Virus record (IMG/VR): IMGVR_UViG_2541047825_000011
Span: 1-39,394 of that record
Direction: 5' to 3' (one strand)
DNA length: 39,394 bases
From: a virus
Lineage: Duplodnaviria > Heunggongvirae > Uroviricota > Caudoviricetes
How positions within the stretch are numbered: position 1 is the stretch's first letter; the number at the start of each line of letters is the position of its first letter. Positions 27,924 through 35,661 of this stretch are shown here, piece by piece. A program made the translations under genes and the position numbers. The notes beneath the pieces are model-generated. The model ran no database searches. It had not been told where the DNA came from and was given only the letters and a program-made list of their open reading frames with translations.

Positions 27924-28261
27924 ACTATTAATTTCGTTTCATGCCAGCCTTTAGTCACCCAGCATTGTGAGTCACCATTACACGGACATGAATTAACTGG
28001 AACTCTCTCGCCGCACTTACCGCAACGTTTTCTAATGATCGATTTTATACGCCCGCGCACGCGTGCATCATCCTGGCGGATCAGTAACGCTATATACTCA
28101 CAAAATTCGTAAGGCGCACGCCCGGGGCGACGCGCAGCACAGTTACGCTCAAGCATTTCAATTTCCTGAGCATCAAGCACAATTTCCAGCTTACGCACAC
28201 CAGATGCAGCTTGTCTGGCTCTCTGAGCGGCTTTGCGCTCTGCTGCTGATTTAGCCATCAA
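27920..28261 (-). CDS. Cys-rich small basic protein (candidate zinc-ribbon regulator)
   Basis: 113 aa; basic helical N-terminus; C-terminal CGKCGERVPVNSCPCNGDSQC cluster; last gene before the packaging genes. Confidence 0.55.
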   Translation of the reverse strand: MMAKSAAERKAAQRARQAASGVRKLEIVLDAQEIEMLERNCAARRPGRAPYEFCEYIALLIRQDDARVRGRIKSIIRKRCGKCGERVPVNSCPCNGDSQCWVTKGWHETKLIV

Positions 28262-28532
28262 TATTTACCTTTATCGCGAACACCTTTACCGGTTTATCAC
28301 CGAAGTGGGGGTGTGTGATTGTCTTGATTTCATATCCGTCATACGGGACGTCAATTCTGCGACTGGAGTCGTCGCGCTTCGGATATCCCCTTGTGATAAT
28401 CAGGCGGTCATACTTACGGTTAACGAGGCGCTTATTCCAGTAGTCATTACACAAGCGATACTCTTCCGTTTTCTCTCCACGAATCATGGCATCGAAGTAT
28501 TCACCTTTGACGGCAAGTTGCAGGTTAGCCAC
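28251..28532 (-). CDS. Hypothetical nin-region protein
   Basis: 93 aa; coupled to flanking ORFs. Confidence 0.55.
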   Translation of the reverse strand: MANLQLAVKGEYFDAMIRGEKTEEYRLCNDYWNKRLVNRKYDRLIITRGYPKRDDSSRRIDVPYDGYEIKTITHPHFGDKPVKVFAIKVNIDG

Positions 28533-29151
28533 GGTTAACCTCCTGCGGCGGTTCCGGTAGCGGCATCCAGTGGGTTACTTTCGATGCCGGTTCTTCCACA
28601 TCGTCAGTAACTGCCCACCATTTGTTTTTCGACCAATCGTAATACCCTTCGAAGGTATCGCACTCAGTCCAGCCGTAAGACTTCCCCCAACACCAAACAT
28701 ACTGTTTATCGTTCGGCATTCGCTCACTACAGCTTATCCAACCATCCGGAGTTACCGGAGAGTTGCCCGACAGCTCGTTCAACTTATAAGTCTGGCTTAC
28801 AGGTTCGGCACCATTAAGCATGGAGGCGCGGCAGGCGTTCCAGCCTTCATCAAAGCCGACTATGCCATTATTTAAAGACGGACGAGCATCTGGCACCATC
28901 GGCACTGGCTTGGCTATATATAGCGGCTGAACATACCAGCCCTTTGATAACCAACTGTCAGCAATGTTTTTACTCCTCGTTATTGCCGGAATACCTAAGC
29001 CATTTTCTGAATGCAGCCATGCCACCGGCTCCTCTTCTAGCGATGCCAGAGCAATTTCATAAGCACGGCGCTCAATATTGTCTCGCACGTCCAGGCTGCC
29101 TATGCGTTCTTTGATTTCTTTAATCATTTCTTTGTCGGTTAAAGTTGTCAT
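28525..29151 (-). CDS. Phage protein with DUF551-like C-terminal domain
   Basis: 208 aa; Trp-rich C-terminus VWCWGKSYGWTECDTFEGYYDWSKNKWW...HWMPLPEPP. Confidence 0.6.
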   Translation of the reverse strand: MTTLTDKEMIKEIKERIGSLDVRDNIERRAYEIALASLEEEPVAWLHSENGLGIPAITRSKNIADSWLSKGWYVQPLYIAKPVPMVPDARPSLNNGIVGFDEGWNACRASMLNGAEPVSQTYKLNELSGNSPVTPDGWISCSERMPNDKQYVWCWGKSYGWTECDTFEGYYDWSKNKWWAVTDDVEEPASKVTHWMPLPEPPQEVNRG

Positions 29152-29154
29152 GTG

Positions 29155-29472
29155 TTAGTCCTCATCCACTTCAACGCCATCTTTCAGCGTGATGCCGTGC
29201 CAATCATCAGCCCAACTGGTTAGCCCTGGCGCATCAATGCTAGGCATATAAACGCTTGCAGTGTGGTAGCCCTTATCGTTATCAATGCTGGCAACGTGCT
29301 CGCCGTTGTATGCGCTCAGCGTGTCCAGGACGCTATAAAACTTTCCTCCGGCTGCCCTGAAATCCTTTACAGCCTTCACAAGGCGATTCCACGCTTTTTC
29401 CTGTTCTGGCGTCAGGTCGATTAATTCCTGCAAAGTTGCCATATCACCCTCCTTTGATGCCAATGCCAGCAA
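29155..29472 (-). CDS. Hypothetical nin-region protein
   Basis: 105 aa; possible later start at Met11. Confidence 0.5.
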   Translation of the reverse strand: MLALASKEGDMATLQELIDLTPEQEKAWNRLVKAVKDFRAAGGKFYSVLDTLSAYNGEHVASIDNDKGYHTASVYMPSIDAPGLTSWADDWHGITLKDGVEVDED

Positions 29473-30205
29473 GCCAGTTTCTTATGCCGATATATTCAGC
29501 GTTCCTGAAACCGCCATTTACATATATAAATGGCAAGCGAAGATTGTGACCATTGGCTGCCAGGTAGTCTTTACAACCCTGTTCGGTGAAACAGCAGGTA
29601 ACGAATTCATCAATATCTTTCACAGCAACGCGCCGCCATTTTTCTGGTGGTTCCCGAAAGTTTTCATGAAGTAGTTCGAGACGACGACTTTGGCGTTTAT
29701 TGGCTTCATTGCCATCTTCATCAACCCAGACAATCCTGTCATAGTCATAATCAGCATCAACAACGATTTCGCGCTTTTGATACACACAAAACATAGGGTC
29801 TGACGTTATTCGATTATCCTGTGTTCGAATATTTTCACCGATGATGCCAAACGAATCTGGTGCAGATTTTGTCTTCAACTCTTCGATACGTTTGCTTTGA
29901 GCTTCCAGTTCATCAAGAAGCGCAAGCATGGTAGCCGGACTGGCTGCGGCGATGAATTCAGCATTTGCCTGCTGTTCCATTTGGAAATCTTCATCGAAAC
30001 CGCTTTCAGGATGCGCTCCTTCAATTCTGCAAATGGGAATATATCCAGCAGCCTCGCGATGAATTAGCGCATCATCACCATCAAATCGGCCCTCTCCATA
30101 TTCGAGCGACCATACACCACACGTTGCTTTCTCTGCCTTTTCACGCAGTGCCTGATAGTCAATCTTGCTCACTGGTTTCCTCCTTTGCGAAGCTGTTCCG
30201 CACAA
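29444..30205 (-). CDS. Ead/Ea22-like protein
   Basis: 253 aa; N-terminal KIDYQALREKAEKATCGVWSLEYG and coiled-coil segment typical of lambdoid Ea22-type proteins; start uncertain. Confidence 0.55.
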   Translation of the reverse strand: MCGTASQRRKPVSKIDYQALREKAEKATCGVWSLEYGEGRFDGDDALIHREAAGYIPICRIEGAHPESGFDEDFQMEQQANAEFIAAASPATMLALLDELEAQSKRIEELKTKSAPDSFGIIGENIRTQDNRITSDPMFCVYQKREIVVDADYDYDRIVWVDEDGNEANKRQSRRLELLHENFREPPEKWRRVAVKDIDEFVTCCFTEQGCKDYLAANGHNLRLPFIYVNGGFRNAEYIGIRNWLAGIGIKGG

Positions 30206-30828
30206 TCCAGCAGGGCGTCCGTCGCTTCTTTCACCGTAACGATGTCGCCATCGTCCAGCCCGACAACCGTCGCGTTCTTAACGAACACCGAGCAAAGGTC
30301 ATTAAACGCCTGCGCCCGCACTTCAGCCAGGCATTTGCGAAACTCGGAAACGTACTGTTCGACGCTCATTCCCCAGCTAAGTGGACATTCATTGAATGTT
30401 TCGCCTTCGTGCTCTTCATCAGGTAGCTCTTTGGTAAAGAACTCACGTTCAATGGCGTGGAGTGTGTCAGCAAAACGACGTAAGTTACTCAAACCTGTCG
30501 TAATGGAGAATTCAGGAGCATCACATCCGACGCCCATCTGCTGATAAACGGCGGTTTTGAAGGCCTTCAGCCCCGCATTCTCCGCCGCCAACGCCGAAAA
30601 CTTCTCGTGTGCCAACTTAACAGCCGCATCAGCCTGCTTAATTGACTCAATCGCTTTCTGCTGGTCTTCGGCCAGCGCATTAGCACGCACCAGTTGCACT
30701 TCCAGTTGCGTTGCCAAATCGCTGATCAGCTTTGCCACACTGCGCATATCAACGGCACCACATTCTGCTTTCAGTTCCGAAGCCATCTCATGCCCGGCGG
30801 CAACTAACCCTTTGATATTACTTTCCAT
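30169..30828 (-). CDS. Hypothetical coiled-coil protein
   Basis: 219 aa, helical composition. Confidence 0.55.
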   Translation of the reverse strand: MESNIKGLVAAGHEMASELKAECGAVDMRSVAKLISDLATQLEVQLVRANALAEDQQKAIESIKQADAAVKLAHEKFSALAAENAGLKAFKTAVYQQMGVGCDAPEFSITTGLSNLRRFADTLHAIEREFFTKELPDEEHEGETFNECPLSWGMSVEQYVSEFRKCLAEVRAQAFNDLCSVFVKNATVVGLDDGDIVTVKEATDALLDCAEQLRKGGNQ

Positions 30829-30889
30829 CTTTACCCTCGCTTATCCACATAACTTATTGATTACATTGATAACTAAAAAGATCGTCGAT

Positions 30890-31234
30890 TCAGAACTCTT
30901 CGATGTTCCAGCCACCACCTGTTTTCTTTGGTTTAACCGTTACCCCGATGATTCGGAACGGATACTGATCTGCGGCGACTTTGGTTTTCACCCTGGCGTC
31001 GTCGGTCCAGAAACCTTTCACTTCGTGCAGTTCCATCTCTCCGGTGGCGAGCATCACAGCGAAATCTGGCGTATAGAACGTGTTGTCAGCTAACCGCAGC
31101 TTGATACCCTCGAATCGATACCAGGCGATTTCCCCTGCACGTTTACGCAGCTCAAGGTGCTGGCAATACGCAGATTCAGTTTTGTTCATCTGGCCTGTTT
31201 TGAGTCGACCAAGAGCCTGTATCTGTTTTCTCAT
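30890..31234 (-). CDS. Small PD-(D/E)xK-type nuclease-like protein (DUF1064-like)
   Basis: 114 aa; motif YTPDFAV...GEMELHEVKG fits PD...ExK; its SD lies inside an operator-like palindrome. Confidence 0.6.
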   Translation of the reverse strand: MRKQIQALGRLKTGQMNKTESAYCQHLELRKRAGEIAWYRFEGIKLRLADNTFYTPDFAVMLATGEMELHEVKGFWTDDARVKTKVAADQYPFRIIGVTVKPKKTGGGWNIEEF

Positions 31235-31235
31235 G

Positions 31236-31254
31236 ATTTACCTCTGAGGTAATT
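31236..31254. promoter_or_regulatory. Operator-like palindrome ATTTACC-TCTGA-GGTAATT
   Basis: Overlaps the Shine-Dalgarno and start of gene 30890..31234. Confidence 0.55.
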
Positions 31255-31287
31255 AAAAACCACATAAGACATGAAATCAATAGAGTT

Positions 31288-31315
31288 TATAATATTTTGT
31301 TACCTAACAGGTAAT
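31288..31315. promoter_or_regulatory. TATAAT hexamer plus operator-like palindrome GTTACC-TAACA-GGTAAT
   Basis: TATAAT at 31288..31293; palindrome at 31299..31315; intergenic between the P-like gene and the nin-like genes. Confidence 0.5.
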
Positions 31316-31326
31316 TATCGAGGCGT

Positions 31327-31346
31327 AAAAAAATGCGCTATCGCGC
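31327..31346 (-). terminator. Possible terminator after P-like gene
   Basis: Short GC stem GCGC-gata-GCGC followed by a long T-run on the minus strand. Confidence 0.35.
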
Positions 31347-31351
31347 TGGTA

Positions 31352-32128
31352 TTACTTGATAAATCCTGCCGCCTTTCCCCGCCTGTATTCCTCCATCAGC
31401 CACTGCGCCGGTGTTATTCCCCCAAGGGTGGCGGCGTTAGGCATGCACCCGAAACTTCGCCCTGGTGGATGGTAAACGTCTCTCCCTGTGTCCGGAGGTG
31501 TACTCATGGGCTCTGGCTTTGCCTGTATGCTGATCACCGGATCGGGTATCTGCTGTCCGGAAGCCACCTTTTTCGCCCAATCATCGAGCAGCCTGCGCGC
31601 GTGTTTCTCAACCTCACTCTCGCTAAGCTGGCGCTGATACATTGCACGACGGGTATCACATACGACCCAGTACATAACCGGATGCCGCCACGGGAATCTT
31701 TCGGGACCACCAGGATATAAACTTTTTTCCTTGCTGTACCGGTGAAACTCCGCCATCACATCGTCAATGGTGACGCCAAGAACCATCTTGCTGTCTTTGC
31801 ACCACTTGATGAATTGCCCTGGCGACGGCCAGAACGGAGATTCACTGGCGCGGGCGTGGCGCATACCAGCGTTAACCTGTTCCATTGTAGTGATCCCATT
31901 CTCCAGAAACGCAAGCATCCATTGCTTACGGAATTCATTAAGTTTGTTCTGCTCCCTTATGGTCGAAACGCTTGCAGGAAATGCAGCCTGTAACTGGACA
32001 AATAGTTCATTGAAAATTCTAGCAACCTGCTCCTTTTTGCCATTGCTGTCACGCCGCTCTTCATGCACAGCAACACCATGCTCACGTAAGCGATCGTACT
32101 CATTGAGAAGTTCTGGAGTTGATTTCAT
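31352..32128 (-). CDS. Replication protein P-like (helicase loader)
   Basis: 258 aa; block IFNELFVQLQAAFPASV...EFRKQWMLAFLENGITTMEQVNAGMRHAR...PSPGQFIKWC closely parallels the lambda P N-terminal region as I recall it. Confidence 0.8.
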   Translation of the reverse strand: MKSTPELLNEYDRLREHGVAVHEERRDSNGKKEQVARIFNELFVQLQAAFPASVSTIREQNKLNEFRKQWMLAFLENGITTMEQVNAGMRHARASESPFWPSPGQFIKWCKDSKMVLGVTIDDVMAEFHRYSKEKSLYPGGPERFPWRHPVMYWVVCDTRRAMYQRQLSESEVEKHARRLLDDWAKKVASGQQIPDPVISIQAKPEPMSTPPDTGRDVYHPPGRSFGCMPNAATLGGITPAQWLMEEYRRGKAAGFIK

Positions 32129-32924
32129 CCCACACCCCTTCTATCCAGTCAGTGTTATTCCAGTCAAGCTCATCGCTTTTCCCGGCATTTTTTGATTTTC
32201 CCCTGATATGATTTACGTGCCTGGCGAATTTTTGTTCCCACTGAACCTGCGTGAACACTTTGCCCTCAGCCATCCAGTAATCCCGGAATGCAGCAAGTTC
32301 AGCAGGTGTAAATTCCGGTTCCGGCAGGGCCGTTCCCCACAGCGCAGCACGCCGCCGAAAATCTGGCGACGGTAGCCAGCCATCTGTCATCGGAAATTTC
32401 CCGATGGGTTCACTCAGGCCATCCAGAAATTCAGGTTCTGCCACCTGCAACGGCGTACTGTTCGCTTCACTGGTCGGAGCACCCTCGCGCACGTGCGCTA
32501 TGTGTGGGGTTTTATATATATCTTCCTCTTCCTCTGGTAACTCCTTTTGTAACGCTGTTGGCGTTACTTTTTGCGTTACTCGTTTTCGATGCTCTGCCAC
32601 TCTTCTATTCGTAAGTGCACGTTTTTTCGATGATTCTCCATTATGTCGCTCAAAGTTTGGAAGAATTAGTTTGCCGTCATGATAAGCAAGCCATCCGACG
32701 CTAATGAGGGCGTCAGCAAATCCTGTAATAAAAGCGAGTCTATCAAGTACTCCTTTTGTAACGCTGCCAGCGTTACCGTCTATTGTTTGCTGGTCAGCCC
32801 ATGCCCATATACGAACCAGCTTTCCAAGAACAGCATCTGGATCAATACCCAGAATTTCTGCTATCTGAAAAATTTCAGGTTTATCAGGAGTGATAACTTC
32901 AACCTTAATCCAGCTGCTTGCCAT
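32100..32924 (-). CDS. Replication initiation protein (O-like, with DnaT-like C-terminal region)
   Basis: Track ORF trimmed to ATG 32924 (AGAGGGGAA upstream); N-terminal winged-helix-like MASSWIKVEV...; C-terminal FTPAELAAFRDYW...QWEQKF; overlaps the P-like start. Confidence 0.65.
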   Translation of the reverse strand: MASSWIKVEVITPDKPEIFQIAEILGIDPDAVLGKLVRIWAWADQQTIDGNAGSVTKGVLDRLAFITGFADALISVGWLAYHDGKLILPNFERHNGESSKKRALTNRRVAEHRKRVTQKVTPTALQKELPEEEEDIYKTPHIAHVREGAPTSEANSTPLQVAEPEFLDGLSEPIGKFPMTDGWLPSPDFRRRAALWGTALPEPEFTPAELAAFRDYWMAEGKVFTQVQWEQKFARHVNHIRGKSKNAGKSDELDWNNTDWIEGVWDEINSRTSQ

Positions 32925-33117
32925 AGGTTTCCCCTCTTGCACTCTTTAGTGCACAAGCAAATTCATTACGATGGCGGTTGGCGCTATTCATTGCACATTC
33001 AACACATGTTCCGTTCAGAACATACCTTTCAGAGAGATGGCCGTGACGGCACCGCTTTCCTGTGAAATAGCGATTTAACCCGGCTTTTGCGGCCTCCATT
33101 CTGGTTACTATCTTCAA
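32905..33117 (-). CDS. Small Cys/His-containing protein in the cII position
   Basis: 70 aa; CRHGH...CVEC pattern; between cro and the replication genes. Confidence 0.5.
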   Translation of the reverse strand: MKIVTRMEAAKAGLNRYFTGKRCRHGHLSERYVLNGTCVECAMNSANRHRNEFACALKSARGETYGKQLD

Positions 33118-33220
33118 TTTTTCCGCCCCTTTTTGTTATTGATATTGGCTATTTTGCACAATTGGAAAATTTGATCAACCAGATTTGGTTTTTTATTACC
33201 CTTAAGGTGCGAATAGATAT

Positions 33221-33243
33221 GAAAAGACCGCCGGATGGCGGTC
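33221..33243 (-). terminator. Rho-independent terminator downstream of cro (tR1-like)
   Basis: GACCGCC-atcc-GGCGGTC followed by TTTTC on the minus strand. Confidence 0.65.
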
Positions 33244-33265
33244 TACAGAGGGTTGTGGCTGGATA

Positions 33266-33496
33266 TCATGAGTAGAAGAAGTATGCCAGTTCTGCTTTTG
33301 AGCGCAGCCATTGTCTTGTTTTACAGGCTTTAAAAAGCCCATTCATCAATACTTTACCTGGCATTTTGCGCTTACCTGTTAAGTGAGTCTGGATATAGTG
33401 ACTCGTCGTTCCGGCTTCCTGTGCGAAGGCTTCACGCTCATCCGGAGTAAGTGCAAGCCAGTGCTTTTTGAAATCGAAATGTCCGTTATCGCTCAT
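33266..33496 (-). CDS. cro: Cro-like small HTH regulator
   Basis: 76 aa; transcribed divergently from the repressor gene across a 154-bp operator region; symbol is functional, by position. Confidence 0.7.
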   Translation of the reverse strand: MSDNGHFDFKKHWLALTPDEREAFAQEAGTTSHYIQTHLTGKRKMPGKVLMNGLFKACKTRQWLRSKAELAYFFYS

Positions 33497-33650
33497 AGCT
33501 ATTGCCTGATATTTATTTCAGATAATAAATATTCACCCATAAGGTAACAAAAATCAAGGATAGTTACCTGTGGGGTGCATTTACCTGTTGGGTAATATTG
33601 CTTTAAATTGAATCATCTACTGATTCATATATGAGGCGATTTTCCAGAAA
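33497..33650. promoter_or_regulatory. Immunity-region operator/promoter cluster
   Basis: Three ACC-N5-GGT sites (33532..33548, 33563..33579, 33579..33597) plus a 24-bp AT-rich palindrome ATATTTATT-tcagat-AATAAATAT (33509..33532) between the divergent cro and repressor starts. Confidence 0.7.
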
Positions 33651-34235
33651 ATGAAAAGTATCCAGGACGTCCGCAGGCAAAATCTCAACGACTTGATCGA
33701 CCGTGAATTCAATGGTGTTCAGACGCGGATGGCTGAAAAACTTGGAACTCAGGCAAATCTGGTAAACCGCTGGGCTCTTGGCAAGAAGGTTATCGGCGAC
33801 CAGGTTGCACGAAAAATTGAAGCTGCCGCCAATAAACCCCGTAACTGGCTTGATATCGATCGCTCGCTTTCTCAGGAAGGTTTTCAGCCTGTCGGCCCAA
33901 GCGACATTGGCCAGCTGGCGGCTCACAACCTGGAACGCTGGATGAGCGAAAGCCGCGACCTTTCAACACAGGGAAAACTTCACCGCGCATCCGGCGTAGC
34001 CCAGGTGACAATCAGCCGCCTGTTAAACAATGAGGTCAGCGTTTCCATTTCCACCCTGGAGAATGTTGCATCCGCATTCGGGCGTCACGGCTATGAATTA
34101 CTGATTCACCCGCACGACCCTGCGACCATCAACTATGATCGCTCGCGCTACGCATTGTTACCCGAAACCGAGAAAGCAAAGATCGAAAGTTACATTGAAT
34201 TTGTCATCAACCAGAACGAAAAAAACAAACAATAA
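33651..34235 (+). CDS. Prophage repressor (cI-like) with two HTH motifs and no recognisable autocleavage module
   Basis: 194 aa; two XRE-type HTH segments (QTRMAEKLGTQANLVNRWALG and KLHRASGVAQVTISRLLNN); no Ala-Gly or Cys-Gly dipeptide and no S24-like C-terminal region. Confidence 0.75.
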   Translation: MKSIQDVRRQNLNDLIDREFNGVQTRMAEKLGTQANLVNRWALGKKVIGDQVARKIEAAANKPRNWLDIDRSLSQEGFQPVGPSDIGQLAAHNLERWMSESRDLSTQGKLHRASGVAQVTISRLLNNEVSVSISTLENVASAFGRHGYELLIHPHDPATINYDRSRYALLPETEKAKIESYIEFVINQNEKNKQ

Positions 34236-34257
34236 AACCATATTTTTCAGTAAGTAA

Positions 34258-34282
34258 GCCGCCTTATGGCGGCTTTTTTATT
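34258..34282 (+). terminator. Rho-independent terminator after the repressor gene
   Basis: GCCGCC-ttat-GGCGGC followed by TTTTTTATT. Confidence 0.8.
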
Positions 34283-34291
34283 GCCTATTCG

Positions 34292-34308
34292 ATTACCTAA
34301 CGGGTAAT
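34292..34308. promoter_or_regulatory. Operator-like palindrome ATTACC-TAACG-GGTAAT
   Basis: Perfect arms; upstream of the early-left promoter. Confidence 0.6.
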
Positions 34309-34326
34309 TTTTTTAACTCATATCTA

Positions 34327-34370
34327 TTGACATCAAACCATATACGCATAATTATTACCTCAACGGTAAC
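34327..34370 (+). promoter_or_regulatory. Early-left promoter candidate (-35 TTGACA) with overlapping operator ATTACC-TCAAC-GGTAAC
   Basis: TTGACA at 34327..34332; AT-rich -10 region around 34347..34355; palindrome at 34354..34370; GAGGT RBS and ATG 34389 follow. Confidence 0.55.
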
Positions 34371-34388
34371 AGACCGAGGTAACAAGTT

Positions 34389-34541
34389 ATGCAGTGGAAA
34401 ATCATCAACGGTTGGTACTGCGTTACTGCATGCGGATTCATGAGCTGGAAGTTCCGCACCTTACAGGAAGGCATTAAGTGGGCTTTCGTCAGCAAAGAAG
34501 CTCGCGATGTGGCCAACGATAACGAGATATGGGAGGGCTGA
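34389..34541 (+). CDS. Small protein, first gene of the early-left operon (50 aa)
   Basis: Not in the ORF track (short); ATG 34389 with GAGGT 8 nt upstream; stop adjacent to the next ATG; Trp/Cys-containing. Confidence 0.4.
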   Translation: MQWKIINGWYCVTACGFMSWKFRTLQEGIKWAFVSKEARDVANDNEIWEG

Positions 34542-34543
34542 TA

Positions 34544-34843
34544 ATGAACGTTAATCAGCAGAAAAATCTTCAAAAAATCATGCTGGCATTCGACAAGGAC
34601 TACCGTCTGTCAGAACAGTTATATGACCGACAAGTTGAACTGATTGAGAGTATCCGGCTTCATCAACTGGCATCAACTTTCGACGTTGTAACAGTTAAAG
34701 GCGTTCGCCAGGAAGTACTGGAGGCCGCTAAAGACAGCCCTGAGTTCGAAGAACTAATGGATGCCTACCGGCGCGAGGCAATGGCAATTATCGCCCGCTG
34801 GGATCTGGCTGATCAGCTTGATGGGCAGAGGGACGCGGCATGA
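34544..34843 (+). CDS. Hypothetical early protein
   Basis: Track ORF 34529..34843 trimmed to ATG 34544 (GGGAGGG upstream); 100 aa, helical. Confidence 0.55.
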   Translation: MNVNQQKNLQKIMLAFDKDYRLSEQLYDRQVELIESIRLHQLASTFDVVTVKGVRQEVLEAAKDSPEFEELMDAYRREAMAIIARWDLADQLDGQRDAA

Positions 34844-35661
34844 AACCGGGAATTTATTTCGACATCAGCAACGAAGACTACCACGCCGGTGACGGCGTGA
34901 GTAAGTCGCAACTGGACATGGTTGCCAAGAATCCGGCGCTTCTTAAATGGGTTCAGGCAGCACCAGAAGACGAAGAGAAAAAGTCTGCACTGGATATGGG
35001 AACCGCATTGCACTGTCTGCTTCTGGAGCCTGGAGAGTTCGACAAACGCTTCATTGTTTCACCGAAATTCGATCGTCGGACGAAACAAGGTAAAGCTGAC
35101 GAAGAGGAATTTCTTCGTGATGTGGCGGATATGGGGATTACGGTACTTGATGCCGAGCAGTGGCGGAAACTGGAGCTGATGCGTGATAGCGCAATGGCTC
35201 ACCCGGCGGCACGCTGGATGCTGGAAGCACCTGGTTACTGCGAAGCATCAATGTACTGGAACGATGAAGAGACGGGGGAGTTGTGCCGAATTCGTCCAGA
35301 CAAATGGCTGAACGAGCACAACGTGATCGTCGACGTGAAAAAGGTTGCAGATATGGACCGTTTTGCACGCCACATCGAGGAATTCCGCTACCACGTGCAG
35401 GACGCAATGTACCGCGAAGGCGCAATGAGGGTTACTGGTCAGCCGCATGGTTTTTTCTTTCTTGCCGTGAGCGAAAGCATTGATTGTGGTCGGTATCCGG
35501 TACGCATGTTCGAGCTGGATGCGCAGGATGTCGATGCCGGGCACGCTCTGTTCCGCCGGGATCTGAATACCTATCACGAATGCCGCATCAATGATGAATG
35601 GGGCGGTGTGGAAATCATTAAACGCCCTGAGTGGGCACGCAAACAGGATATGTACATATGA
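34840..35661 (+). CDS. PD-(D/E)xK exonuclease, RecE-like
   Basis: 273 aa; N-terminal GIYFDISNEDYHAGDGVSKSQLDM; RPD...VDVKK nuclease motif; stop overlaps the RecT start. Confidence 0.75.
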   Translation: MKPGIYFDISNEDYHAGDGVSKSQLDMVAKNPALLKWVQAAPEDEEKKSALDMGTALHCLLLEPGEFDKRFIVSPKFDRRTKQGKADEEEFLRDVADMGITVLDAEQWRKLELMRDSAMAHPAARWMLEAPGYCEASMYWNDEETGELCRIRPDKWLNEHNVIVDVKKVADMDRFARHIEEFRYHVQDAMYREGAMRVTGQPHGFFFLAVSESIDCGRYPVRMFELDAQDVDAGHALFRRDLNTYHECRINDEWGGVEIIKRPEWARKQDMYI

